Source of the DNA: Candidatus Zhuqueibacterota bacterium
Lineage (GTDB): Bacteria > Zhuqueibacterota > Zhuqueibacteria > Residuimicrobiales > Oceaniaggregativiventaceae
Direction of reading: 5' to 3'
Length of the DNA stretch: 64,000 nt
Assembly (NCBI GenBank): GCA_014728085.1
Contig: WJMF01000164.1
Span: forward strand, 1,418 to 65,417
The notes under the pieces are model-generated. The model saw only the letters and a program-made list of their open reading frames with translations, was not told where the DNA came from and made no database searches. A program made the position numbers and the translations under genes. This document shows, one piece after another, positions 20,341 to 29,127 of the stretch. How positions within the stretch are numbered: position 1 is the first letter of the stretch; the number at the start of each line of letters is the position of its first letter.

Positions 20341-20461
20341 CCGGTATTCTTTCTGAACAAGGTGCCAGGGATGATGACAGTTGAGTTGAAAAATATGATT
20401 TTAAACTGCTGAATGACAATAACAATAAAAATAAGCAAATATTATTATAATATCAATATGG

Positions 20462-21406
20462 TTATTCCTCTTCTTCAACGTATGTCTCTTTTTCCCAGGT
20501 CTTTATTTTTTTTCTATTGCGTAGCCAGACGAGCGGAATGGCGATCAAAAAAAGCAAAATAAACAAAAGGCCCAGATAATTCTGAATATCATAGAGCCAT
20601 AGCCAGCGGTAGTTTTGGCGTACATAATTCTGCCATTCCTTTTCAAAGGCTGCAAAATTGCTACCGGTGGCATGCAGGAAGATTTTGTCCATGTTCTCGT
20701 TGTTTCGCAAACCTGTCAGTATTTTCTGAATGGCATCTATATCATAGGTCTTTAAAATATATTCAACAACACTAAAACTCTGCTGATAAGCGAGTTCTGC
20801 TTTAAAACGATGAAACGAGATCACATCATCGAGCTCCCGCAATGGAATAAGAGAGTTGGTAAAGACAGCTTTGGAGAGTGCGGTCATGGTTTTCCACTTG
20901 ACATCTCTCGAGTAAAACAGCGCAAGTCCTTCATCAAGCCATCTGGGGATATAGCGATTACCGATAACTTTATGCAAGACGACGTGCAGTATCTCATGCG
21001 CCAGTGTGATTTTTACACTGGTTTCACTTCTATTCCACCGTGGTGATTTTAACAGAATAGTGTTTACGGCGGGAAAGGCAAACGCTTCTGCCCAATTGGG
21101 AGGATCTCCTCTAAGGTAAGAGCGGAACTGATCTCGATTGGCTGCAATTATTACCTTCACCGTATCTTTTTGCTCGACCTGTAAATCATAGGCTATTTCC
21201 TGATACAAGATTTGGCAATGGTTGAGTGTTTGTTTGGCATAAAGAGAATCAATTGGGGCGTAAAAGACGTTAATATATCCCTTACTCGCCGTGTTGAGAG
21301 GAGGAATCCGGGGTTGGGCGAATCCACATTGAATCGCGATGTGGAGAAAAAAAAGTAATCTGATAGCGACTTTCATAGACAATTCCGTTATAGAATTTGA
21401 TTGCAA
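20462..21406 (-). CDS. peptidase MA-like zinc metalloprotease domain protein, C-terminally membrane anchored
   Basis: HEILH, PRWLDEGLA, AYQQS; N-terminal signal and C-terminal TM. Confidence 0.78.
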   Translation of the reverse strand: MQSNSITELSMKVAIRLLFFLHIAIQCGFAQPRIPPLNTASKGYINVFYAPIDSLYAKQTLNHCQILYQEIAYDLQVEQKDTVKVIIAANRDQFRSYLRGDPPNWAEAFAFPAVNTILLKSPRWNRSETSVKITLAHEILHVVLHKVIGNRYIPRWLDEGLALFYSRDVKWKTMTALSKAVFTNSLIPLRELDDVISFHRFKAELAYQQSFSVVEYILKTYDIDAIQKILTGLRNNENMDKIFLHATGSNFAAFEKEWQNYVRQNYRWLWLYDIQNYLGLLFILLFLIAIPLVWLRNRKKIKTWEKETYVEEEE

Positions 21407-21476
21407 AAGTATTTAAACGGGCAATGATTAAAGCGGGGCTGGGAACAATGGACATGAAACCGTCGTCATCAAAGGA

Positions 21477-22574
21477 TTAATTGTTATTTTTAACTTGTAA
21501 TAGATCTTTGGGAATACGGTTGATATTTTTTTTTGAGGTTTTTATAACAAGTGATGACGGTAATATTTTTTTTCGTCCGAGGTTTAGCAATGATGCAACC
21601 GGATTATGGATGATCTGTTTATCTTTGTTTTCTAACGTTGCGGATTGCTTTTGCTGTATATCGGGTTCTATCAGTACATTTTCATCCAGCAGAGTTTTAA
21701 TTTGACGCAGAGCGGTTAACGCATCGGTGTCACAAGACATAACACCATTAAAAATGGTTTTGGGTTTCCGGAAGGATCCGGCCAGGGTTTTTCCATCTAC
21801 GGCGTTTCTCAGGTCTTTTCGCAATTGTAAAAGATCGGATTTTTGTACCGGTATTGTATTTGCAAGGTTTTTCCAGAGGTCTGCTCTTTTCGAATGTTCT
21901 TTTACCAGATGGTTGTACGAGTATTCAATTTTTGCCGAAAGCATTGTGTTGGTGAAATGCAGCTTAAATGACCCTTCTGACCAAAGAACAAGCTTATACA
22001 AAGCGGTCAGGGGATCGAAATCATATAACCCTGCATTTACAACGATTCCCTTATTGACTGTTATTTTTCCTTCTAATTGTTCCTGTACCAAACGGATGAT
22101 ACCGCAGTTGCCGCCGATTTCAAACAGTTGTACCAGATCAAATATATTCATGTTTCTCAGACTGCCACTGCAATTGTCGCTGGAGGGTACCGCCCTGTGC
22201 ACTTTTTCAGATTTTTCTGATAATATCAACTCAATTCTGGCGACCAATTCTTCTGTATAAAATGGTTTTGAGATAAAGTCATCGACATTGAGCGACATAA
22301 TCCTGATTTTGCTTTCTTGTGCGACTTTTTTGGCCGTGGCTATCAATGGAACCGTATGCAGGCGGGGATGGCTCTTGATCTCTTTAATGAGACCGATGCC
22401 ACAATAGGATGGATCAAAAACAATCAAATCAGGTTGTATGTTGTGCAGGGCGGATATAATATTGTTTTTTTCCATTACTGAAACTTCAAAGCCGTTGTTG
22501 AACAGGGTCTCGAGCATTTTGCTTGTAATATTGTCGGCAAATGCGATAGTGATTTTGGGGTTGGTAAGGATCAT
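21477..22574 (-). CDS. response regulator with DUF4388 (PATAN-like) domain
   Basis: REC (PDLIVFD, VDDFISKPF) followed by SGSLRNMNIFDLVQL...WSEGSF. Confidence 0.75.
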   Translation of the reverse strand: MILTNPKITIAFADNITSKMLETLFNNGFEVSVMEKNNIISALHNIQPDLIVFDPSYCGIGLIKEIKSHPRLHTVPLIATAKKVAQESKIRIMSLNVDDFISKPFYTEELVARIELILSEKSEKVHRAVPSSDNCSGSLRNMNIFDLVQLFEIGGNCGIIRLVQEQLEGKITVNKGIVVNAGLYDFDPLTALYKLVLWSEGSFKLHFTNTMLSAKIEYSYNHLVKEHSKRADLWKNLANTIPVQKSDLLQLRKDLRNAVDGKTLAGSFRKPKTIFNGVMSCDTDALTALRQIKTLLDENVLIEPDIQQKQSATLENKDKQIIHNPVASLLNLGRKKILPSSLVIKTSKKNINRIPKDLLQVKNNN

Positions 22575-24325
22575 TGTTTTTGCTGCCGTTTTGCGTAGGT
22601 TTTCAGAAGCGATTTTAAAATCGTTTTAATTTGATTTTTTTCAAGCTCAGCTATACTGTTCACTTGTTCGTGATTTTCCACATTCAGTTTTTTGCAGAGT
22701 CGATCGATGTTTGGCTCTTTGGCCGGATCTTGAGGCGATATAAAAGCGATCTGTACGGGAAATGAGTTTATTGTTTCTAGTGCTCTGAGAAGATATCTCA
22801 AATAATTGAAATTCGCCCTGGATTCATCTATAAGTAATAATATACCGATAAGAGAATCTTTCAAGCGTTCGATAACCGGGTCAAATTCTTTGCCAAGGGG
22901 TAATCCGAGAAGATTTAAGGAATATTTGTTTTTTATATTGATTACCCCACATGAAAATGGCGTTGAGTCTTTGGTATCTGATGGTTTTCGCGACACCGGT
23001 ACCAGTGTTTCTATAAACCGGGTACCAAGGTCAGGTTGATTGCTCAGAATCAGAATATGATTTTCCGATTTTGGGACAACAGAGGTTTTTTGGGGTTCGG
23101 CAGGCTGGATAATGGGATGAGGCTCTTCCTCATGTTGCTCTGGTACTTTGAGCAGCTCGTCCGCAGGATGAGGTGATTTTTCCGGCGGATAAACCATGCC
23201 GGAATCCTTTTTTTCGGTATTTTCGAGTTGCCAGTCATCTTCTTCAGCTGCTTGGCGGAAGATTGAAAACGGATCATTATCCATGTCGGAAAAATTTTCA
23301 GAATCCAGAACCGGGTATTCAGGGATTTCGCTTTTTGATCCCGTTTCCTCAACGATATCGGCCGTATCTGTGTCGGGAGCGGATTCTGGTTCGACAGATG
23401 AATCCTTTGGAACGTACAGAAATCCAAGATCGTATAATTTAACGATTCGTTTGAGCAAGTTAATTTCATCCATCTCGCTTTTCTGGAGTATTTTTTTCAA
23501 TGTTTTATGACCGTCAAACAGATTGACAAAATGCTCCAACTCTGGTTCCATTTCCTGACTGGAGACAATTTTTTGAAAATTTGTCGTTGTCATAAGGACT
23601 GCATCAAGAGGAGGAAGCTGGTGCAAAAGTTTTTGACGTTCATCCATTATCTTTGCTCCCTGAAGTAATAATCCTAAATTGCCTATTCTGATTTCATCGG
23701 GTTCTTCGACCGGATGAAAATCCATTGCGAAATGCCCCTGTTGCCAGGACATCATTTTATAAATTGCGTCTTCGGCTGCCAATTTGTGGAAACGAGCTGA
23801 GATCACCACTCCATTGCTGAAAAGAATACGGCCATTTGAACCGTTTTGTGACAGAGAGAGCGTTCCGGACTTTTTTTGAATTCCAAAGGTTTCGATGAGC
23901 TGAACGAGTTTCAGATTTTCGAGATTGCCCGAGAATTTTTGCTCCGTTTTTTCAAGCCTTCTGAGAATCATCTTGGTGCGGGCCACGATTTCTCTGGCGT
24001 GAATGGGTTTAACGATATAATCTTTCGCCCCGAGTTTCAAGCTTTTTTGTTTGTGCCAGATATCGCTTTTTTTTGTCAAGAACAGAACGGCCGGTTTGGG
24101 TGTACGGGTCACTTTTTGTACTTTTGATAGAATTTTATATCCATCGACCCCTTCAGCATCGATTTCAGTCAACACAGCGTCGTAACGATGGTGCTCAATT
24201 TTTTCGAATGCTTGCGCGTTTGAAGAGACCTGGTCGATGTTGATATTCGAACGAAAAAAATGGTCTGAAAGCATATCCAAATTATTGCTATCAACGTCGA
24301 CAAGGAGTACGTGTTTTTTGTTCAT
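22571..24325 (-). CDS. REC-DUF4388 protein with acidic linker and degenerate small-GTPase-like C-terminus
   Basis: REC (LLVDVD, GAKDYIVKP); FSGNLENLKLVQLIE...WQQGHF; likely ATG 24325 after AGGA. Confidence 0.75.
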   Translation of the reverse strand: MNKKHVLLVDVDSNNLDMLSDHFFRSNINIDQVSSNAQAFEKIEHHRYDAVLTEIDAEGVDGYKILSKVQKVTRTPKPAVLFLTKKSDIWHKQKSLKLGAKDYIVKPIHAREIVARTKMILRRLEKTEQKFSGNLENLKLVQLIETFGIQKKSGTLSLSQNGSNGRILFSNGVVISARFHKLAAEDAIYKMMSWQQGHFAMDFHPVEEPDEIRIGNLGLLLQGAKIMDERQKLLHQLPPLDAVLMTTTNFQKIVSSQEMEPELEHFVNLFDGHKTLKKILQKSEMDEINLLKRIVKLYDLGFLYVPKDSSVEPESAPDTDTADIVEETGSKSEIPEYPVLDSENFSDMDNDPFSIFRQAAEEDDWQLENTEKKDSGMVYPPEKSPHPADELLKVPEQHEEEPHPIIQPAEPQKTSVVPKSENHILILSNQPDLGTRFIETLVPVSRKPSDTKDSTPFSCGVINIKNKYSLNLLGLPLGKEFDPVIERLKDSLIGILLLIDESRANFNYLRYLLRALETINSFPVQIAFISPQDPAKEPNIDRLCKKLNVENHEQVNSIAELEKNQIKTILKSLLKTYAKRQQKQ

Positions 24326-24421
24326 TTTAATCCTGAAAGGGAATCGTTGCCAGCCACTCACTTATAAAAGCTTATTCTTTATCCCTCCGCTCAGAAAACG
24401 GACAAGAATGTGATTATTTTA

Positions 24422-24450
24422 AAATTATTTAAAATTTATCGCTCTGTCAA
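24422..24450 (-). promoter_or_regulatory. sigma70-type promoter for the REC-DUF4388 pair
   Basis: TTGACA-N17-TAATTT on the minus strand. Confidence 0.55.
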
Positions 24451-24463
24451 GTTATTTCTGACT

Positions 24464-24500
24464 AAAAGGGCCGGATGAGTGCTCGTCCGGCCTTTTTTTT
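24464..24500. terminator. intrinsic terminator, potentially bidirectional
   Basis: AAAAGGGCCGGATGAG-TG-CTCGTCCGGCCTTTTTTTT, just past the stop of 24512..25171. Confidence 0.8.
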
Positions 24501-24511
24501 GGAAGACAAAA

Positions 24512-25171
24512 TCAGGTTTCCCAGAGGATCCCCTTTAATATTTTTTCAAAAGAGGTTTCTGTTTCTGTGGCAGGTCCCTTGTGCAAATATAAAATCTGTT
24601 CGTGCAAATCTGATACGCTAATATAAGGGATGTGAGCAGCTCCTATGCTGTTGAAAGATACGCGTTGGATTGTCGGAAAATCTATCGATACACGGCTGTA
24701 ATCAATAGGGGTCGGATTCCACAAATATACCAGATTCGATTTTTGTTCAAAATCGGTGATAAACCGCAGAATAATTTTGTCTCTGGGCGTTTGTGCGAGG
24801 TTGTATTCAAATAGTTTGGAACGACCCTTTTCTCCCTGTGCTGTGAAGAGCAGGCGCAAGCGATAGGGATCACCATGTCCCAGCATTTTCGGGCCCTGAG
24901 GATCGCAAATAAAGAGGCTGAACAGGGACTGATTTGCATGCAATGATTTTGCAAAACTCAGAACGCGATTTGATATCGGCTTGTTCAATTCGCGGGCCAG
25001 AATATGATAGAAGAGTTGATACTTGCGGGCTTTGTTGCGACAATCCGGGCAGTTTGCCAAGTGTTCCTTGAGTTGCTTTGAATTTCCATCAGCATGTCCG
25101 ATAAGAGAATACATTTCAAGATGTGTTTTTTGCGGACATGTTTGCTTGATTTCATTCATAATTCGATTCAA
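24512..25171 (-). CDS. soluble zinc-finger (ZAS / zf-HC2-like) anti-sigma-like protein
   Basis: N-terminal C...HLANCPDC (H-x3-C-x2-C); no TM helix; directly downstream of the sigma-like gene. Confidence 0.55.
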   Translation of the reverse strand: MNRIMNEIKQTCPQKTHLEMYSLIGHADGNSKQLKEHLANCPDCRNKARKYQLFYHILARELNKPISNRVLSFAKSLHANQSLFSLFICDPQGPKMLGHGDPYRLRLLFTAQGEKGRSKLFEYNLAQTPRDKIILRFITDFEQKSNLVYLWNPTPIDYSRVSIDFPTIQRVSFNSIGAAHIPYISVSDLHEQILYLHKGPATETETSFEKILKGILWET

Positions 25172-25263
25172 TCATTTTGTTCGACCACTCTGGCGTAACA
25201 AAGTGTTACACTCAATTACTTTTATGTAACATACAAGCAAACAGTCTGATTTACGGAAAAAAA

Positions 25264-26349
25264 TTACAATAGTTCTTTAAGGTGTTTGCGAAATTCCCGC
25301 TTGGCTACTTTGGCGAGGTATTCAAAAATTGAGCGCTCTTTGGTGCGATAATCTTGTTGGCTCAAGTGGGGCATATAATATCTGAGGTTTCTAAAATAGG
25401 AGGAACTATCTTTTTTTTGAATGAGGTCATACAAAACATCGCAAAGCGCGTTGGAATATATTTGCGCTTTGTCGTGCTTGAGTTTACCGGTACGAAGATA
25501 CTGCGAGTCAATTTTCTGGTTTACTTTTATCATTACCACGTGAACATAATTTTCAATCTCTTTCAGTTCTATCGTATCCTGCGGTGTCGGAACATGGTCA
25601 TCGGAAAGGATGCGCTCTTTGAACGTCTGGAATTTCATACTTCGCACCAGTTTGACAATAGTATCCAGGGCGATGAAATTTTGAAATTCTCTCAGTTCAT
25701 GCACATGTCTGAAAAGCTTTCGGATAGAGGTTGAAACTGAATCATTGGGATTATAGCTCTCTAAAAACCGTGAACTCAGCAAATCTTCGGGGATCGGGGG
25801 GTTTTGGCGCCGTATATATCTTTCGATTTGAGGGGTAATTTGAATATTATCGATTGGTATATTGTGTCCATTTGTATAGAACACATACTCTTTGCCCATG
25901 TCTTTAAACAGGCGCAGCGTGTCGGAATTCCGTACAGCCACCTTGATATTACGTACAATTTTTGCGCCTTCCGGATCTCTTTCGCGGAAGATCCTGGCCA
26001 GTTCTTGTTTGGTTTTTCGGACAATTAACCGCCGGGTTAAAACCAATATTTCAGCATCATTGAGGTCCGGCGTTTCGGAAAATTTTGTTTCATAATAACG
26101 TTTTAACTGTGGAAAGCAGTCGTTTTCATCACGACTGAAAAGCTCAGCAATACAATCGATAGCGAGGTCTTCAAGCTCCACGTCGGTATCGAGGCGTTCT
26201 CCGGTAATACGCTTTCCCAAAAGTTCCTGGAATTTGAGATAGCTGAGGGAGATTTTCTGGGACAGGTGAATGAATTGCATCAATTCGGTTTGATGATAGG
26301 TTCCGCTACAGATGTTGTGGACAAGTTCAGATAAGTTTGATATGCTCAT
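25264..26349 (-). CDS. hypothetical protein, possible highly divergent ECF sigma factor
   Basis: 361-aa helical ORF; ELEDLAIDCIAELF resembles ECF region 2; basic C-terminal helix; ZAS gene downstream. Confidence 0.45.
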   Translation of the reverse strand: MSISNLSELVHNICSGTYHQTELMQFIHLSQKISLSYLKFQELLGKRITGERLDTDVELEDLAIDCIAELFSRDENDCFPQLKRYYETKFSETPDLNDAEILVLTRRLIVRKTKQELARIFRERDPEGAKIVRNIKVAVRNSDTLRLFKDMGKEYVFYTNGHNIPIDNIQITPQIERYIRRQNPPIPEDLLSSRFLESYNPNDSVSTSIRKLFRHVHELREFQNFIALDTIVKLVRSMKFQTFKERILSDDHVPTPQDTIELKEIENYVHVVMIKVNQKIDSQYLRTGKLKHDKAQIYSNALCDVLYDLIQKKDSSSYFRNLRYYMPHLSQQDYRTKERSIFEYLAKVAKREFRKHLKELL

Positions 26350-26478
26350 AATGCCGGCTACACTTTATTTAGTCTGCTTTTCATTTTCCCGCTCGACAAT
26401 TCGTGGGGATTCGCTGTTATGTTTTCGTGTTGCTCTGAATAACCTACGGGCCTGAAATAAAAGATACCGTCATAAAGA

Positions 26479-26494
26479 AGCAAATCATATACCA
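26479..26494 (-). promoter_or_regulatory. sigma54 (-24/-12) promoter
   Basis: TGGTAT-ATGAT-TTGCT on the minus strand, exact GG-N10-GC spacing, about 130 bp upstream of ATG 26349. Confidence 0.75.
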
Positions 26495-26589
26495 AACCGA
26501 GGCAAAACAATTTTGACATAAAGGTTTGTTTTTTTTGACTAAAAAAACAGGGAGGAACAACCCACACCTGTGAGAATTGCTTTACGGTG

Positions 26590-26618
26590 ATACACTGTCT
26601 CATCATGAGACAGTGTAT
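26590..26618. promoter_or_regulatory. perfect palindrome, probable enhancer (UAS) for the adjacent sigma54 activator
   Basis: ATACACTGTCTCAT-C-ATGAGACAGTGTAT (14-bp arms; TGT-N11-ACA core); no U-tract; about 100 bp upstream of the -24 box. Confidence 0.65.
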
Positions 26619-26622
26619 TGGG

Positions 26623-28005
26623 TTAGTTTTTTACCATGGGCAGGCCATATTTTTTGGCTTTCCGATAAATCGTAGCTCTGCCGATACCCAGTTTTTTGGC
26701 TGTTTTTGAGATATTGCCTTCGCATTCCAGCAGGGCTTGTCGCAAAGCTTGTTCTTCCAGTTTCTCTATCCATCCCGCCAGAGTTTTGTCCGATTCATAG
26801 ATTCGTTTTTCACCGAGAGCGCGAACCGCTGCCGGAAGATCGTTGGCAACAATTTCAGGGCCATTGGAGAGCACAACCGCTCTTTCAATAGCGTTTTCCA
26901 GCTCCCTGACATTTCCCGGCCAGTTATAGGCCATCATCAGTTCCAGGCCGTCGGCGGAAACACCCTCGATTTTTTTGTTTTCCTGAAGATTATATTTTCT
27001 GATAAAATGGGCAATCAGGGCCGGGATATCCTCTTTCCGCTCCCTCAGAGGAGGTAATTTTATCGGAAAAACGGAGATTCGGTAATAGAGATCTTCACGA
27101 AACTCGTCGTTTTTCATTGCTTCTTCTATATCCTTGTTGGTGGCTGAAATAACCCGCACCTCAACTTTGACCAATTCATTGCCGCCAACCCGTTCAAATT
27201 CCCGTTCCTGTAAAACCCTCAAGAGTTTTGACTGTGTTGCCGGACTCATAAGGCCGATTTCATCCAGGAAAATTGTGCCGCCGTTGGCCTGTTCGAATTT
27301 ACCGATACGTCTGGTCGTTGCGCCGGTAAAGGCTCCTTTTTCATGACCAAAGAGCTCGCTTTCCAGCAGCGATTCAGGAAGGGCGCTGCAATTGACAGCA
27401 ACGAATGGCTTGGCGCTGCGGCTGGAGGAGTGATGATGGATCGCTCTGGCAATCAGTTCCTTGCCGGTACCGCTTTCACCCTGTATTAAAACCGTAACAT
27501 TGCTGTCGACCACTTTTTCAACCGTTTTAAAAACATCCTGCATGCCACCGCACTGACCGATAATGTTTTCAAAAGCATATTTATTTTTCAATTCGGAACG
27601 CAACTCATCCACTTCTTTGCGGAGAGAGCTGTTCAGCAAGGCATTGTTTACGGTCACGATGAGACGATCGCGTTGAAATGGTTTGGTGAGAAAATCATAT
27701 GCTCCCAATTTCATCGACTGGACAGCCCGTTCTATGGTTCCATGAGCTGTCATCATGATAACCGGAATTCTCGAATCCATTTGTTTGATTTGTTTCAGAG
27801 TTTCCAGACCATCGATTCCGGGCATTTGTATATCGAGCAGAACCAGATCGGGGATGCTTTCCTTGAGAGAGTTCAAACACGCCTCACCGCTCAGGGCGGT
27901 TCTGATTTCATATTTTCCTTCTTTTCGAAGGCTGGCCTCGATCATTTTACCAATATTTTTGTCATCATCTACTACAAGAATTATGGGTTTTGGTAAATTT
28001 TGCAC
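26623..28005 (-). CDS. sigma54-dependent response regulator (NtrC/AtoC family)
   Basis: REC (VVDDD, LLDIQMP), GESGTGKE, intact GAFTGA, FLDEI, WPGNVREL, Fis-type HTH. Confidence 0.95.
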   Translation of the reverse strand: MQNLPKPIILVVDDDKNIGKMIEASLRKEGKYEIRTALSGEACLNSLKESIPDLVLLDIQMPGIDGLETLKQIKQMDSRIPVIMMTAHGTIERAVQSMKLGAYDFLTKPFQRDRLIVTVNNALLNSSLRKEVDELRSELKNKYAFENIIGQCGGMQDVFKTVEKVVDSNVTVLIQGESGTGKELIARAIHHHSSSRSAKPFVAVNCSALPESLLESELFGHEKGAFTGATTRRIGKFEQANGGTIFLDEIGLMSPATQSKLLRVLQEREFERVGGNELVKVEVRVISATNKDIEEAMKNDEFREDLYYRISVFPIKLPPLRERKEDIPALIAHFIRKYNLQENKKIEGVSADGLELMMAYNWPGNVRELENAIERAVVLSNGPEIVANDLPAAVRALGEKRIYESDKTLAGWIEKLEEQALRQALLECEGNISKTAKKLGIGRATIYRKAKKYGLPMVKN

Positions 28006-28048
28006 TATATTCTCCAGTTAAAAAATGATCAATAATACCCTATTTCTT

Positions 28049-28077
28049 ATTCTATCAATTAATTGTAAAAATATCAA
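28049..28077 (-). promoter_or_regulatory. sigma70-type promoter of the NtrC-family gene
   Basis: TTGATA-N17-TAGAAT. Confidence 0.6.
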
Positions 28078-28116
28078 GCAAATTTTGTATTGCAATGAAA
28101 CAGTTTATGGATTTGT

Positions 28117-29127
28117 TCATATATTTAACAACAAACAAATATCGCTCTCTTTCGGATTTAACAATTCTATCTCTATGTTGAGATAGTACCACAATTTTTG
28201 ATTCATGAAGGGTGCCAGCTTGTACCAATCTTTTTCTGTTGTTACAATCCAGTGTAAACCGAGTCGCTCCGCACGGGATTCAATGGTTCTGATTTCTTCA
28301 GAACGGTAGTGGTGGTGGTCTTTGAACTGATATGATTTTGAAATATTTGCTCCAAGCGTTTCCAGCGTTCGAATGAAATTTTCCGGATTAGCGATGCCGG
28401 AAACGGCGACAATGTTTTGATCTCTCAGTTCGCTACAGGGAACTTTGCGGCTTGCGCTGACCAGATTCTTTACCGAATATGTAGCTCGTATACTCTTTTT
28501 CCGGGAAAACGGCAGCTGTTGATTTCGATTTTTAGAAGAATTTATCCATAAAATATCGGCTCTTTTCAGTGACCGTTTAGACTCCCGCAATGGGCCTGCC
28601 GGCAGAAGATAACCATTACCAAAATAATTCTGACCATTAAAGGTTACAACATCTGCATCGCGGTAGAGCCTCCGATGCTGAAAAGCATCGTCAAGCAGAA
28701 TGATATCGGGCTGAAAATCCCGTACCAGCGTTTGTCCACCGCGACAGCGGTCAGTATCGACCAAAATGGGCACACATAGTCGTTTTGCGAGCATGTACGG
28801 TTCATCTCCGGCTTTTTGCCAGGACTCGAGTATATCTTTACCATCGCAGACCAATAGTTGTTCCCGGCTTTTTCGTCCATAGCCCCGGCTCAGAATAGCG
28901 ATTTTTTTGCCCTGATCCATATAGTGTTTTGCCAAAAAGGCCACCGTTGGCGTTTTGCCGGTTCCACCAACTGTCAGATTGCCGACGCTAATAACCTTTG
29001 TCTTTAATTTGCATATGGGTAATATACGATGATCATACAGGAGGTTCCTGAAGACGGTAATAGCATGATAGATAGCCGAGAACGGCAACAATATGCAGGC
29101 CGGCCATTTTTTATTGAAAATATTCAT
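28117..29127 (-). CDS. lpxK: tetraacyldisaccharide 4'-kinase
   Basis: SVGNLTVGGTGKTP, LSRGYG, GDEP, LDDAFQH, LPAGPLRE, TTEKD; likely ATG 29127. Confidence 0.95.
   Translation of the reverse strand: MNIFNKKWPACILLPFSAIYHAITVFRNLLYDHRILPICKLKTKVISVGNLTVGGTGKTPTVAFLAKHYMDQGKKIAILSRGYGRKSREQLLVCDGKDILESWQKAGDEPYMLAKRLCVPILVDTDRCRGGQTLVRDFQPDIILLDDAFQHRRLYRDADVVTFNGQNYFGNGYLLPAGPLRESKRSLKRADILWINSSKNRNQQLPFSRKKSIRATYSVKNLVSASRKVPCSELRDQNIVAVSGIANPENFIRTLETLGANISKSYQFKDHHHYRSEEIRTIESRAERLGLHWIVTTEKDWYKLAPFMNQKLWYYLNIEIELLNPKESDICLLLNI

Noticed and set aside
26358-26606. 82-aa minus-strand ORF between the activator and the sigma-like gene
   Set aside because: Overlaps the enhancer palindrome and sigma54 promoter, has no RBS, and has a non-protein-like composition
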